Shown in pieces: positions 26,321 to 39,810 of a DNA stretch of 64,000 bases. Positions within the stretch are counted from its first letter, which is position 1, and the number at the start of each line of letters is the position of its first letter. Under the pieces are notes generated by a model. That model saw only the letters and a program-made list of their open reading frames with translations, was not told the origin of the DNA and searched no databases. The stretch comes from Octopus sinensis (lineage: Eukaryota): assembly GCF_006345805.1 (NCBI RefSeq), contig NC_042999.1:49228001-49292000 (forward strand). The letters are read 5' to 3'. Position numbers and translations under genes: made by a program.

Positions 26321-28351
26321 ATTATTATATTTACTAGCAGAAAGACAGCACTTCGGGCCGTATTCTGCCAGTCCCTTGATAATATTTTCACATTCGATTC
26401 CCAATTGAAGTAATTTTTATTTTACGTTTAATTAATTCTTTGATTAATAGTACTCACTTGCTTAGTAAATATTGCTTTCATTATTTTATCACTATCCTAA
26501 TATTTATTAAATAAACATCACGGTAGTCCAACAACAGAGGGAGAAGCAGTTTGTCAAGTTTTACCTTCCTCTCAAAGCAACATAGAGATTTCTGTCCATC
26601 TGTAAGCCTGGCAGTTGGGTGAAATAAGAAAAATCGCATAAATAAAAGGGTATTACTACACATGTATGCGCTTCCAACATCCAGAAAAATGATACTTCTA
26701 AGCAAAAGTTTCTACAAATAATTGTTGTGGCTCCAGGGTTTATATGGATTTATAGGAAAGAATGTTTCCGAGGGGTAAAGAGAGTTTCGGAAGAAAATTC
26801 ACAGGGTCTAACTTTTTTCCTTCATAACGTTCAGGAAGATGGACATGTTTTAATGAAAATTTATACAAATCCCTTTCAAACGGCATAGATTACCACCCTC
26901 TCACTCTCTCTTACTTCATTGACATTTAACCGCATTGTTTTATTCCATTTAGCTTTTCATTTGCAGTTTTATGACCAAGACTATCATACATTTGTACATT
27001 CGCTTTCTCTGAATAATAGCATGTGCCCGAAACATTATTGCTTATTTCAATGATCACAGCAAGTCGAAACACTAGACTCATCAGTAGAGTTTACAAAAAC
27101 TATGTAATTCAATGTATCTTTCCAGTTCCTAATCTTTTTGTGTATTAGAATGATGTTTCCGTATAAACTCTATCTTTTTATTTTATTGTTAGCATGAGAA
27201 AATTAATAATTTTGTGATATATATCAACGATGTGCTACATTTATAAATTGTAAACTATTAAGGTGCTTCATTTCACAAATAAGCAATTTCAGGTTAAATG
27301 GAAGCGCAATTATCGTGTAAGCAACCTGTTATAAAGAATTACTGAAAAATATATGTAAATGGTTTTCAGAAATATTCAGCAGTCCTTCGTGCACAGAATA
27401 TGATTTCAAATATATAAAAGGTCAACAAATATGAAAGGCCAAAGGACATTTGTTTTAAGTTTATTGACTTTATAGCGGCAATTTATCGAGATATATTTAC
27501 AACTATTCTCTTCTCTTGAATATCATGCTGATTTGGCGTCATATATGCTGTGGTAGTTCAGTCAAGAAGCAGCTGGACTAAGCTAAAATATTGAGTTAAA
27601 ACTTAAAACATTTCATATTTGTAACCTTTGACATTTCATCTTTACTAATTTCGAAGCAAGTTAGCTTCGAAATAATTTAGTTACTGTCAGTATGTTCCTT
27701 TTAGTATTACCTTTTATAAGTTCACATTGATTTTCTGAACTATTCCTAGATAGAAGATACAAAGTTTTGAATCAATGCAATGGGGTTCTGAGGCTCACAT
27801 CGATCTCTTTTGAATCATAACAGCGTTGTTGAAGAAAATAAATTGTGTCAGCTGGGAATTGAAATATGTGCTAGGTGTTGATTAACTAGAACTTTCTCAT
27901 TAATTATTCCACTAGAAAATCAGTGATTCATTATCAAATTATTTGTCATTGAGGATTAGGCTTTAGAAGAGAGAAAAACAAAGCCCTGAGACCATGAATG
28001 TATTTGCAATGTGGTCATACAGATTGCAAGAAATGACAGCCAAATATCTCTCAATGGAACAACCCAACCGCTTCAAAAACATGGTGCAATACACTGAATA
28101 ATGTAGCGTAAGAGAGAATGCACATGAAAGTATGATGGACTGGTCACATTTGGGCTGTACCTGATTATAAATCTGCTCATCCAGGGTAAGATCTGTGTCT
28201 AAACAACAATAAAACAACCACAAGCAATAGAAGTGATTTCGCTGTCTCGAAAAACCTTAAGTCTTGCACTAATATATGAATAGATAGAGAGACAGGCAGA
28301 CAGATAGGCAGGCAGACAGACAGATAAACAGACAGATAGGCAGACAGATAT

Positions 28352-28429
<78 letters not shown>

Positions 28430-29797
28430 TAGTGATCAATTTTGCATTCAAATTTTTGCACAAGGACGGCGATTCTGGGCGTGGAAGTATGCCGATTGCT
28501 CCACTGGTACTTATTTTATCGACCCCGAAAGTATAAAAGGCAAAGTTGACCTCGGCGGAATTTGAACTCAGAAATTAAAAACGGAGGAAATATAGAGGAT
28601 TGACAAAATCATTAGAACGTCAGTCACAGCACTGATTAGGAGTTAATTGTGGATCTTTATGTTGTGAATTCAAATTTCACCGGGTACAACTTTGCGTTTA
28701 ATCATTCCGCAAATCGATAAAATAAATTACTGGTTAAAATGTTGGATTTGATGGTATCGACAAACCACTTTTCTTCAAAATTACTGGTCTTCTAATTAAT
28801 TTAAAGAAGTTATTATTATCTCACATTGCAACCCTTTCTTATTATAAGTTATTAAAATGCAACCAAGTTATCAAGCATTTATTATAATTTAAATTTTGTA
28901 AGCAGATGAATAGCAACTGGTAATTAATTACGATTCTCGATTTCAATAACTTCACAAAAATGCAATGCAGTTCGTAAAAAAAAGGCCTTATTTTCTTTTT
29001 ACTCATGTGTTTCGCATATTTATTTACAAGTTAAAATGTAATTTTCATGCGTTCTGGAAATGTAAGTTAAATAATATTAAGTTGGAGAATTTAGTTATGA
29101 CATGTGTTCCAATCGTATCACAATGAAAATAATTTCATGGAAGTAAAAGATGAAATATAGATAAGTTAACTTTCATTATAATTGGTTTAATTTACTCAGC
29201 GAATGATTCGTATATTGATTTAAGTAATGATATTAAATAATGATTAGAAAGATAACATTTGTAACCTTGTTAGTTATGACCCATCTTAGTTTCCGATTCT
29301 GCTATGCTTCTTGCGAACATATTTCATTTTTATGCGATAATAATGTACCTCGAAACAGTTCAAAAATTTTATTTTTTCATTACGAACAGAGAATGTTTTA
29401 AACGTTCTTCTCCCCAACTGTGATTTTCTTCCGAATTCAATGTGATTAATACAATCTTCATACATCGTTTGTGTATAAAATATGAAGTGATTGTCAACAA
29501 TCAAAATATCAATACAAATTCATTCGTAAAGAGAAACCAGTGAATAGTGAGACCAAATCTGCAAATTTAACTGACATGATTAACAGAATGGGAAGGATGT
29601 CACCTGAATATAATTGGTGCCTTAATTACAAGTTACTAAGAAACGTTTAATGAGCAATAACCTTAGACGAGACGACTCGGGATATGACATTTGTTCGATT
29701 GATTATAAACTTGCATACTCATAAAGTGAAAATGAAGTGTAGCGTAATATGTGTATGTGTATGTATATATAGACATACAGATATGTATGTAGGTATG

Positions 29798-29819
<22 letters not shown>

Positions 29820-29849
<30 letters not shown>

Positions 29850-29928
29850 GAGAGAGAGAGAGAGCTAGACAGATAGATAGATATATATATAGATAGATAG
29901 ATATATAGATAGATAGAAAGATAGATAT

Positions 29929-29970
<42 letters not shown>

Positions 29971-30045
29971 GGATATATAGATGGATAGATAGATGGATAG
30001 ATAGATAGATGGATATATAGATAGATAGATAGATAGATAGATAGT

Positions 30046-30132
<87 letters not shown>

Positions 30133-30163
30133 CGGGATAGATAGATGGATAGATATATTGATT

Positions 30164-30243
<80 letters not shown>
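29820..30243. repeat. (TA)n/(GA)n/(GATA)n compound microsatellite
   Basis: Direct reading. Similar GATA/TCTA arrays lie at about 28285-28430, 35985-36080, 57620-57905, 62457-62549 and 63192-63285. Confidence 0.95.
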
Positions 30244-32295
30244 TGGGGCTATTCATCACAAAAGTATGTCAATGTGAAATTTTTGATAGTATGGTAAATC
30301 GGAGATAACGTGCAAATGTATTTTGCCACTTCGAATAAGTAACTGAAATGTAGTATTATAACTGAACAAACGTAACGTGTCTCAACGAGATTTAGGACAC
30401 GTGTCGACCTGTATGTAGAAATGTAGATTATCTTAGTTCGATTAATAAAGCATTATCTCTGATGGAAGTAAATGATTGCTCATTTCCAAATGCAATTGAA
30501 ACTTAATTTTACTGACGTTTCTAACGAAATTTAGTGAAGGAATATTGCCTGAAGTAAAATGTTAAATGGATGTCTCCAAAATTGAGATTTGTGTTTGATC
30601 ATAGTAATAAGTGGATTGATAAAATGGACGTTTTAATATAATAGCTAGCATTACTGAATTAGTTTCCTGGGGAATATTTCTTAGTCTTAAAATAAACGTC
30701 AATTCGATTCTGCATATCATTATCACTGAAGCGCAAACTCTAGTGCTTAGCGAATAGTTTAAATTTTAAAATTCAAAAACATTTCATGCAAAGTAATCTG
30801 TTTTAAATGTAATAAATTAGTTAATTCTTCTAAAGTGACATCTTATAAAAATACACTGGAGGAGGGGCGGGCATTCAATATATTAAAATACTGTGTTTGT
30901 TGTTGTCTAGTCCCAAGTCAACTCTGACCGAATAGCCGTATGATCAAAGGTATTTTAACCTTAACTGCATTTAAGACATATCTAGGACACTATTATCTAA
31001 TGTATCCTTTCCACAGTGGGGAGCAATTTAGAAAAATCTAGCAACTATTTTTAACGTGAGCAAGCAAAATTGTATAGGTATTTTGTTGGTTCAAATGACT
31101 TCCTATAGATTTCTACGTTGAGTTGTACTAGACTTGTTTACATAGATGACATAGCTGAAACAGTATGAAAGCCGGGATAAATTTCTTTGTTTATTTTTGC
31201 ACATATACGTTTCATATCGATTGAATATACACAATAGCATAACTGGTATGCATTAGTTATGCTTGTATGATAGTCATTTTAAATCCCTGTAGACATTCAT
31301 AAACAACCGTTACATACCAGTTATACTATTAAATATATACAATCTATTATGACCATTATGTAATATAAATTCATTGTGTTTGTCTCATAAAGTAAAAATA
31401 TTATGCTACTATTTGATATTATATGCGTGCTTGTGTTTTTGCACGCAATTTATTGTTTCTTTCGTAGATTTCCTGAAATATAATACCAACATGAAAGCTA
31501 AGTATACCCCATTTGTATTCATACTCGTGTAAATATTTCGTGTGCATATTACGAAGATAAAGATTTCTTTTCTGTCTCTGCATAGAATAAAATTATCCAT
31601 ACAAAACAATAACCTTTGAATGATCTAGAATAGGATGATAACCCCTGCGTTGAATTATGAATCTGATGTCACTGACCAGGTGAATGATACTGCAGCACGC
31701 CATGGCGAACTCGCAAACGGATTCTCTTTGTATAAGAATCATGAACAACAAATAATAAGTTACTAAGAAGCACTCCTGTACATTTTTAAGTTTCAGTAAC
31801 TTCACTAATGCATACAATTTAGCACACACGATGATGCATGATTGAGAACATATATAATAACGATTGGTTAATACGTAGCTGACATAAGGCATTGTGTGTA
31901 AAGAGTATTGATGATTAATTTCAATATTGATATTAGATATTTGTGTGTTTAAATTGTACTTATTTATCAATATGGTATATCCGATTTTCTACACACTGGA
32001 ATAATTTTTAGTTTGGTTGTCTTACTGGATGGTAATATCCTATCTGGGCTCATAATTATTTCATTAAACGTGGGTCTTTGGCAAGAACCATGCAGGTCTG
32101 AATTATGATGAGTACTTACTTGACCATCACCGAAAGTAGAGATTTTAATTAAACAGAGATAAAATACAATCAATCCTCAAAAAATAGCTTCAAAAATTGA
32201 GCCTTCTTTGGAGCTTCAATGGAATTACTTTACAAGTGAGAAAGCGCAGAGAAATATCCCTCGGATTACATCTTACTATTACACATTTATTTTTT

Positions 32296-32580
32296 ATGCG
32301 CCCTTTTCAAGCCTAGCCAGGCCCGGTTTCTGTGGCGTATGTGTTCCCCCCAGCTGGACGGGACACCAGTCAATCGCAGCGTTAATCAAGAAACAGGAAG
32401 AAAGAGTGAGAGAAAGTTGGAGTGAAAGAGTGCAACATGGATCACCACCACCTCCTGCCGGAGCTTCGTGGAGCTTTAGGTGTTTTCGCTCAATAAACAC
32501 ACACAACGCCGTCTGGAAATCGAAACCGCGATCCTCCGACCGCGAGTCCGCTGCCCTAACCACTGGGCCATTGCGCTTCC
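32296..32580 (-). mobile_element. SINE-E (tRNA-derived head)
   Basis: The minus-strand head is ggaagcgcaatggcccagtggttagggcagcggactcgcggtcggaggatcgcggtttcgatttcc. Homologous to 51410-51705, and its 3' end matches 51230-51402. Confidence 0.85.
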
Positions 32581-35114
32581 ACCATTACAAATACACCTGA
32601 CGATGTGGTTTCACATAATGCTGGTGAAAACAAATACTGAGGGACACGACTGGAAAGACATTGATCATGGTTATACTCAGTACTAATAATATGATGCACT
32701 GTAATATACTGTGTAAAACAACGCTACCTTAAAAACACTCAGGTGTGTGTACGAAAGATCACATTAATTTTCTTCACTCAACTATAGCATTTACAAATTA
32801 GATAATCCAATTATAGTAACAGCGTAGGAAAAACGGTGGTTCACTAAGAAATTAATTACCGCATTCTCATCTTCGTCTAACTAAGTACGTATTGATACAG
32901 GTATTCGTATGTGTATCAGCGTATGTGTATATAGATACATAAGTGTGTCTGTGTAATTGTCAATTATATTTGTTTATATGTTTATATGTGTGCGTCAATT
33001 ATATTTGTTTATATGAGTGCATATGTATGTGTCATTGTGCATATCAGCACGTGTAAGAAAATACATCCATTATAGTGATTATCTATTCATGAATTCTAAG
33101 ATATTTGAATGGAAATTGATTGTGACTTTATTTCATGCATTTTCCAAAAATTTCTTGAATCTAAAAAGTGCCAAAGGAAAATTTTTCATTCTTTAAATAG
33201 ATGAATGTTCACGTCAAGGGAAGGTCTATATTGACATTGCCTTATTATATTCAACAAATTTCATCTGATGCCACTCGACTCCTCTAAGTCAACCTTTGAT
33301 TATGTTGTGTATTAAGTTACAGACATAATTAACATATTGATTTGGCAGCTGTATTTTGAACTTTCTTTAAAACTGTGGATAATATTAAAACTTATGCTAA
33401 TAAAGAGGAACAATATCTCTGGGACCTAAATATAAAAAATACCCTAAATTCCTATCATGTTCCCAGTTGGAAATCATAACTATTCTTCCCGCGTTTGGCA
33501 TCTATTGTGATGAATAAATTAAAGAATACTGCTATATTAAGCGGCTACATTTATATTTACTATACTCCGTTTACTGTTACTACAACGTAGAGTCGATGAG
33601 TTCAATTCAACTATATATTATGTAGCTAAATGCATTATTTTACTCTGCGACAATATTTAATCAGTATCCGGTTCATATATAGTTTCATCAAACAACACCA
33701 CGAATTTGGGACCCAGACATCAAGGCTACCTTTATGGAGTCATTGAAAACGCTTAAATATAGCAGTCAAATATTTCTCGTGCATCATCTTCCTCTCTTAT
33801 CAAAAATGTAGATTGGATAGAGTTGTGGAAATGACGAAAAGAATACTTCCGGTCAATATATTTGTTCACTCAAAGTTGAATTCATGATCAACAGCCCACT
33901 ACCAACAACAATAACTTGAGCTTAGAAAATATACAGAAAAGTCATCTCATAAATATTTACTCAGTACTTCCTTGTGCTATTTGCACATAAAGTGTAGCTT
34001 TTCAATGATAACGAAAAAAGTTCTGCATAGGCCTTAAACGCCACCCATTTGAAACTAATGACCTGGCTTTGTGGGAGAACACGCCACCCGATTTATCAAT
34101 ACCTTATACACTTTGGATATGCCTGTTAAAAACATTCTCTTTGGAGCTTAAATATTGATTTTCAAACGTTCTCTTTGTCCATAACTTGCAACGAACTTCC
34201 TTGCTTGAATGAAGCCTGCAAATGTCAAAGGGACTATGCTAGCTCTCCGATTAAATTAACGAAATGGCATTTTGACTCTTCCTATACCATTACTAATTAA
34301 ATGGTGTGGTTGATTAAAATCAACTGTTTTGCTCTTATATCTCGGAAGAAAGTGATCAAAATTACATGGCTTCGAAATGTCATAATTTATAGTGTTCAAG
34401 TATTGTAGGTGAAGTGAAGTACAATTTGTTATTATCATACTACAAATTTTATCCAATTAGCTAAATAACTAATATTTAGCGTGTAAAATATTTGTTTTGT
34501 TTTAATGGTGAATATGGAGACATATATTCAGAAGAATATCAGATTTATCACTACTATAGAAATCTGATGCAAAAATAACAAACAACCATAATACAAATTG
34601 TCCCAGCCATTGTTCAGTTGTAGAGTTGTACTCCAATATTCTTCTAAATACTGCATGAACACACACGTTCACATAGCTACATATATTTTGCTGTGTGTCT
34701 GTATGCACAAATATATATAAAAGAAAAATACACATTTATATAGATATATATACATATATATATATATATATACATATATATGAATGTATGTAAATGTGTG
34801 TGTGTGTGTATGTGCGTGTGTGTGTGTTTGCGTTTGTATGCGCGTAATGATTTCTTACATACGAACGAGTCACCAAATTCCGTGGGACAGAGGCTACCAA
34901 TCATATCAGTACTAATATTCTTTATTTTATTGGGAATAGATGACTGAAATGAAATGTTGAAATTTTAATTCAGGCAAAAGGGCTGTCACTAAATAACAGA
35001 GGACATTTTTTTTCTAATGCTCAGGTGCTTAAACCACATACCGAAAATATTAGAAATAGCAGTCACAGTGTTATCATTACTATTACTACAAAAATAAGTC
35101 TCCACAAACAACAC

Positions 35115-35198
<84 letters not shown>

Positions 35199-35337
35199 GC
35201 ATACATATATTGGTAAATAGATAGATAGTTAGATAGATAGTTAGGTAGATAGATAGATAGATGCATAAACAACTCTATATGTAAGGATGTACATACAAAT
35301 TTATTACTACAACAGTCTTTCTATCCATCAATCAATG

Positions 35338-35384
<47 letters not shown>

Positions 35385-35392
35385 AAATATAT

Positions 35393-35442
<50 letters not shown>

Positions 35443-35984
35443 AATACACACAGAGAAACATATGTATCTACACACTCATATACATTAGTACATATATATA
35501 TATGTGTGTGTGTGTGTGTATTCATATATATATGGTGGGGGTGTATGTATAGATTTGTATATATAAATATATATACATGCATGTACATATATGTAGGTAT
35601 GTATGAATGAATGAAACCATACACATCTCAATTCTGCTTATGTGTATATGTGTGTGAAACCCCGTGCAAGTATCGTGTGATCATTTATATATTTCATTTT
35701 ATCCATTCCCTCTGTAAAATTTTGAATGTAGCGTATATGAATAAATCATTCCTCAGGTCACAGACATTGCAATAAATAACATCTGTGTAATCTCCATTTC
35801 TATAAAAATGGTATATGCACAGCTATCAGTGATCAAACTACTTCTATACATACGTTTTTATACAGAGTTTGATGTTGCTTTCGAACATATCTTTTTCTTT
35901 TATTGCGGTCTCGTTATATTTTAGCAATACTTACTTTTAGGCTTCGAAATTGAATATGGCTTTATATATGTATGTGTATATGTA

Positions 35985-36081
<97 letters not shown>

Positions 36082-36115
36082 ATATATATATATTATATAT
36101 ATATATATGTATATA

Positions 36116-36157
<42 letters not shown>

Positions 36158-36259
36158 TCTATATCTATATTTATCTATCTATCTATATATATATATGAGT
36201 ATATATATGTATGTATATATAAATCTATATCTATATCTATCTATCTTTCTATCTATCTA

Positions 36260-36297
<38 letters not shown>

Positions 36298-36843
36298 CAC
36301 CAGATAGATAGTTAGACATTATATATATGCATAGATAGAGGAAAATATACTCATGTGGTCGTGTGTATACATGTGTTTATGTGTGCATTCGTGTTTGTGC
36401 GTACTTGTGTGTGTGTGTCTGTGGTTGCGTCTGTGTGTATGTCTGTGAACGGATGTGTCTTTTCATTAATAGCATATATTTGGGTATATTTGCACGTGGT
36501 TACAAATATGATGTTAAATTCGAATGTCTGATAAGTGTATATATGTACGCGTACACACAAGTACACGCACACACATGCATACATACAAACGCACACGCAC
36601 ACACACATGTAAAATAATTATATTACCCTAAGGTCATTCAATATTCGTGCTCTATTTTCGAGTAGCATTGAAAGTTCTTCCTTCTATGAGTTGAATTTGG
36701 CGCTTGCTAATGAGTGATGATGTACATGAAACAATTGAGGTCAAATGTTCTGTTTCTTATATTCTCTCATAAACTTCAAATTTATTTGATGATCACATCT
36801 GTAGTGTATATGAATATCATGTTCATGTATACTTCTATATCTG

Positions 36844-36874
<31 letters not shown>

Positions 36875-36938
36875 ATTTGGCTCAAAAGCAAATAGCAAGG
36901 CCATGTAGGGGGACATGGAGTTAAGTACAGGGTGGTGT

Positions 36939-39810
36939 TCATGTAAAGAGTTCAGGCCACTTGAGGTCCAGGGAGGCTTTGAACAAAGCGGTCGTCGGCA
37001 TCTTCACCATCTCGGCTGGCAGCTTGTTCCACGGATCCGCAACCCGGACGGAGAAAGCTCCTCTCCTTCGATTGAGATGAAATCGTCGCAGGTAGAGCTT
37101 TTCGGAATGACCCCGCAGCCGACGCTCCGGAGCAGGAGTGAAGAACAGCTCTTTCGAGAGGTTACACTTCCCGCTTATGATGTTGTGGGCGATAATGAGA
37201 TCACCACGCCGGCGGCGTTTTTCAAGAGAACAAAGGTCGAGCGTCCTCAGCCTTTCTTCGTAGGACAAATTTTTGAGACCATGAACCATGCGGGTAGCCA
37301 GCCTCTGGACTCTTTCGAGGTGCTGTATGTCTTTGAGGAGATAAGGAGAAGAGGCTTGAATCCCATACTCCAATATGGGTCTCACCAGCGTGACATAGAG
37401 TGGTAGGAATATGGCTGCTGTGAGCATTCCGAATGACCGTCGAATCAAAAACAGAATTCCGCGCGCTTTATTGGCAGCATGGACGCACTGGGCCGAAGGC
37501 GAAAAGGAGGAATCCACCAAGATACCTAGGTCCTTTACCTGATCGGTCCTCTCCAGCAGCAGACGACCCGGCTCGAAATCAAGTTGAGTTGCAGGAGTAG
37601 AGCCGACAGGCAGATGACAGCACTTTGACACGTTCAGACACAGGTCCCAATCGTTAGACCACTTCCAAATTTGGTGGAGGCATCGACGAAGATCCTCTAT
37701 ACTACCGCGAGGAGCGACCAGTTTGATATCGTCGGCAAATAGAAGGGTGTGTTGCGTGAGGTCGTCGGGCAAGTCATTTATGAAGACTAAGAACAACAAG
37801 GGCCCAAGCACTGAACCTTGAGGCACGCCACTGCTCGCACTGGAGACGTCGGACCGCGAACCATTAACTTGAACTTGGAAGGAGCGATCTGAGAGGAAGG
37901 CACCAACCCATCGTACAATATCCGGATGGAAACTATATGCTTGAAACTTGACAAGTAGTAGGCGGTGGTTTACCGAGTCAAAAGCTTTGGCAAAGTCCAA
38001 TAAAACGATGTCAACAGCATCACTATCATCGAGGGTGCGCGTCACCAATTCTTCCATTACTAGTAAGTTGGTCAAGCATGATCTCTTCGGCACGAAGCCG
38101 TGTTGGGAATCAGTGATCGAGGCTGTGTTTAGGAGGTGGAGCATCATACTTTTTCTTAAGGATGGTTTCGAACATCTTGCTGATTATTGACGTAAGGGAA
38201 ACCGGTCGGTAGTTAAGCGGGTCTTCGCGGCTCCCTTTCTTGAAAATTGGGCAGATTATCGCTGTTCTCCAGTCTGCAGGTATAACACCCGTCGCCAATG
38301 ACATATTGAATAGTCGTGTTAAGGGCAGATGACCGGAGCCAACGCTTTGATAACCCGTGGGTGTATGCCGTCAGGGCCGTGACCCTTGTTGACATCGAGG
38401 CCTTGAATAACACGTTTGACTTGGTCCCGCGTGATGATCAATCGAAGCATTAGAGGTACCGATCTATCAAATGGAGGGGGTTCACGACCATCATCTTGTT
38501 TGAAAATAGTTGAAAAAGCCTCGGCAAATAATTGACTCTGTTGATAAGGGTCCTCAATCGATACGCCTGTTGAATCTACCAACGTTGCAATCTGGTTGTT
38601 CAAGCGGGAATTCCGCTGGACATGGGCAAAGAAGGTTTTTGGATTGCTACTGGCATTTGCCGCGATTTTGTATTCATAACTGAAGCGTTATTTCTTTTCA
38701 ATTTTCACGGCTCGGTCTCGTTGAGTTTTGTACACCTCAAAAGCTGCAGTCGAATCCAGATTTTTGAATTCAGCCCAAGCAATATCTCTGAGTCGACGTT
38801 CTCGTTTAACCTTCTTCGTCACCCAGGGCTTGTGTTTCTTTCTCTTGGGAAGTCCAACGGGAACTGCCTGGTCAGTCAAACAGATTACATATGCTTTGAG
38901 GGATGACCATAGTTCGTCAACTGAGGACAACGTCATCAGGGAACGCCAGTCCAGAAGCGCGGAAGCCTCGATTAGAATTTCAAGATTAATTGCAGAGAAG
39001 ACTCTACGTGGCAGCGAAGTAATCGTGGGCGTGGAAAAAGTTGTGTGCATGACGAACTTCAGGACCGCATGATCACTCTTGGCAAGAGGGGCGCACACAG
39101 ATACGTCTGACACTGATCTTGGATAGCGGGAGAATACCAGATCTAGCATAGATGGCTGCTGCCCAGACCGATGCCTTGTCGGATATTCAACATGTTGCGA
39201 TAGAAAACAATCTTCAGCCACGTCAAGAAGGGCCTGGCCGAACCGGGAAGATGTACAAATTGATGCGGGCCAATCGATCGTGGGAGCGTTGAAGTCGCCT
39301 AGTACCAAGCAGTCATGCGAAGCTGAAACGAATCTTATCGCTTCGAGTAGATGAGCATCGTCCTGGGGGTCGGCTAGAGGCGGCCTGTAGACAGCCAACA
39401 CGGGCAGGCAAAACTCAGATAGGCTCAGCTTGCAATAGACAGCATGTAGGTTGAGCATTTGTGGGTAGAATACCGCAGGACGGTTTGTGCTCAGACTTAA
39501 CATACACAGCAACACCTCCACCTCGCCTTTTTCCTCTGTCACATCTGAAAAGGACGTAGCCCTGCAGGTGGATCTCTGAGTCCTTTACTGCTGGAGTCAG
39601 CAAAGTCTCGGTGATAGCTATCAAATCAGGGGAGTCGCGTAGGGCCAGTGTAAATAGTTCACTGAACTTTGGGAATAAGGAGCACGAGTTGGTGTAGACG
39701 ATGCTGAGCTGTGAAGTCTGAGGGGCGGGAGTTGGGGAACAAGCAGAATAAAGGGCATCAGAGATAGCATCGTTGACGGTGGTATCAACTTCACTTCGAT
39801 TTGCCCTCAC
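36939..39810 (-). pseudogene. CR1-group ORF2 (APE endonuclease plus reverse transcriptase) with 3 frameshifts and 1 nonsense codon
   Basis: Endonuclease motifs YTN, AITET, GGGVAVYV, GDFN, LDLVF and SDH; RT motifs NYRPVSLTS, QHGF, LDFAKAFDSV, SGVPQGSVLGP and FADD. Lesions: frameshift at about 39490-39440, TAA at 38690-38688, 1-nt deletion at about 38320, 1-nt insertion in an A-run at about 38150. Confidence 0.93.

Noticed and set aside
27963-28223. SIERYLAV motif suggesting a class A GPCR TM3
   Set aside because: The preceding residues (FLKRLGC) are not a transmembrane helix and no other GPCR helices or motifs are nearby. It is likely a coincidence.
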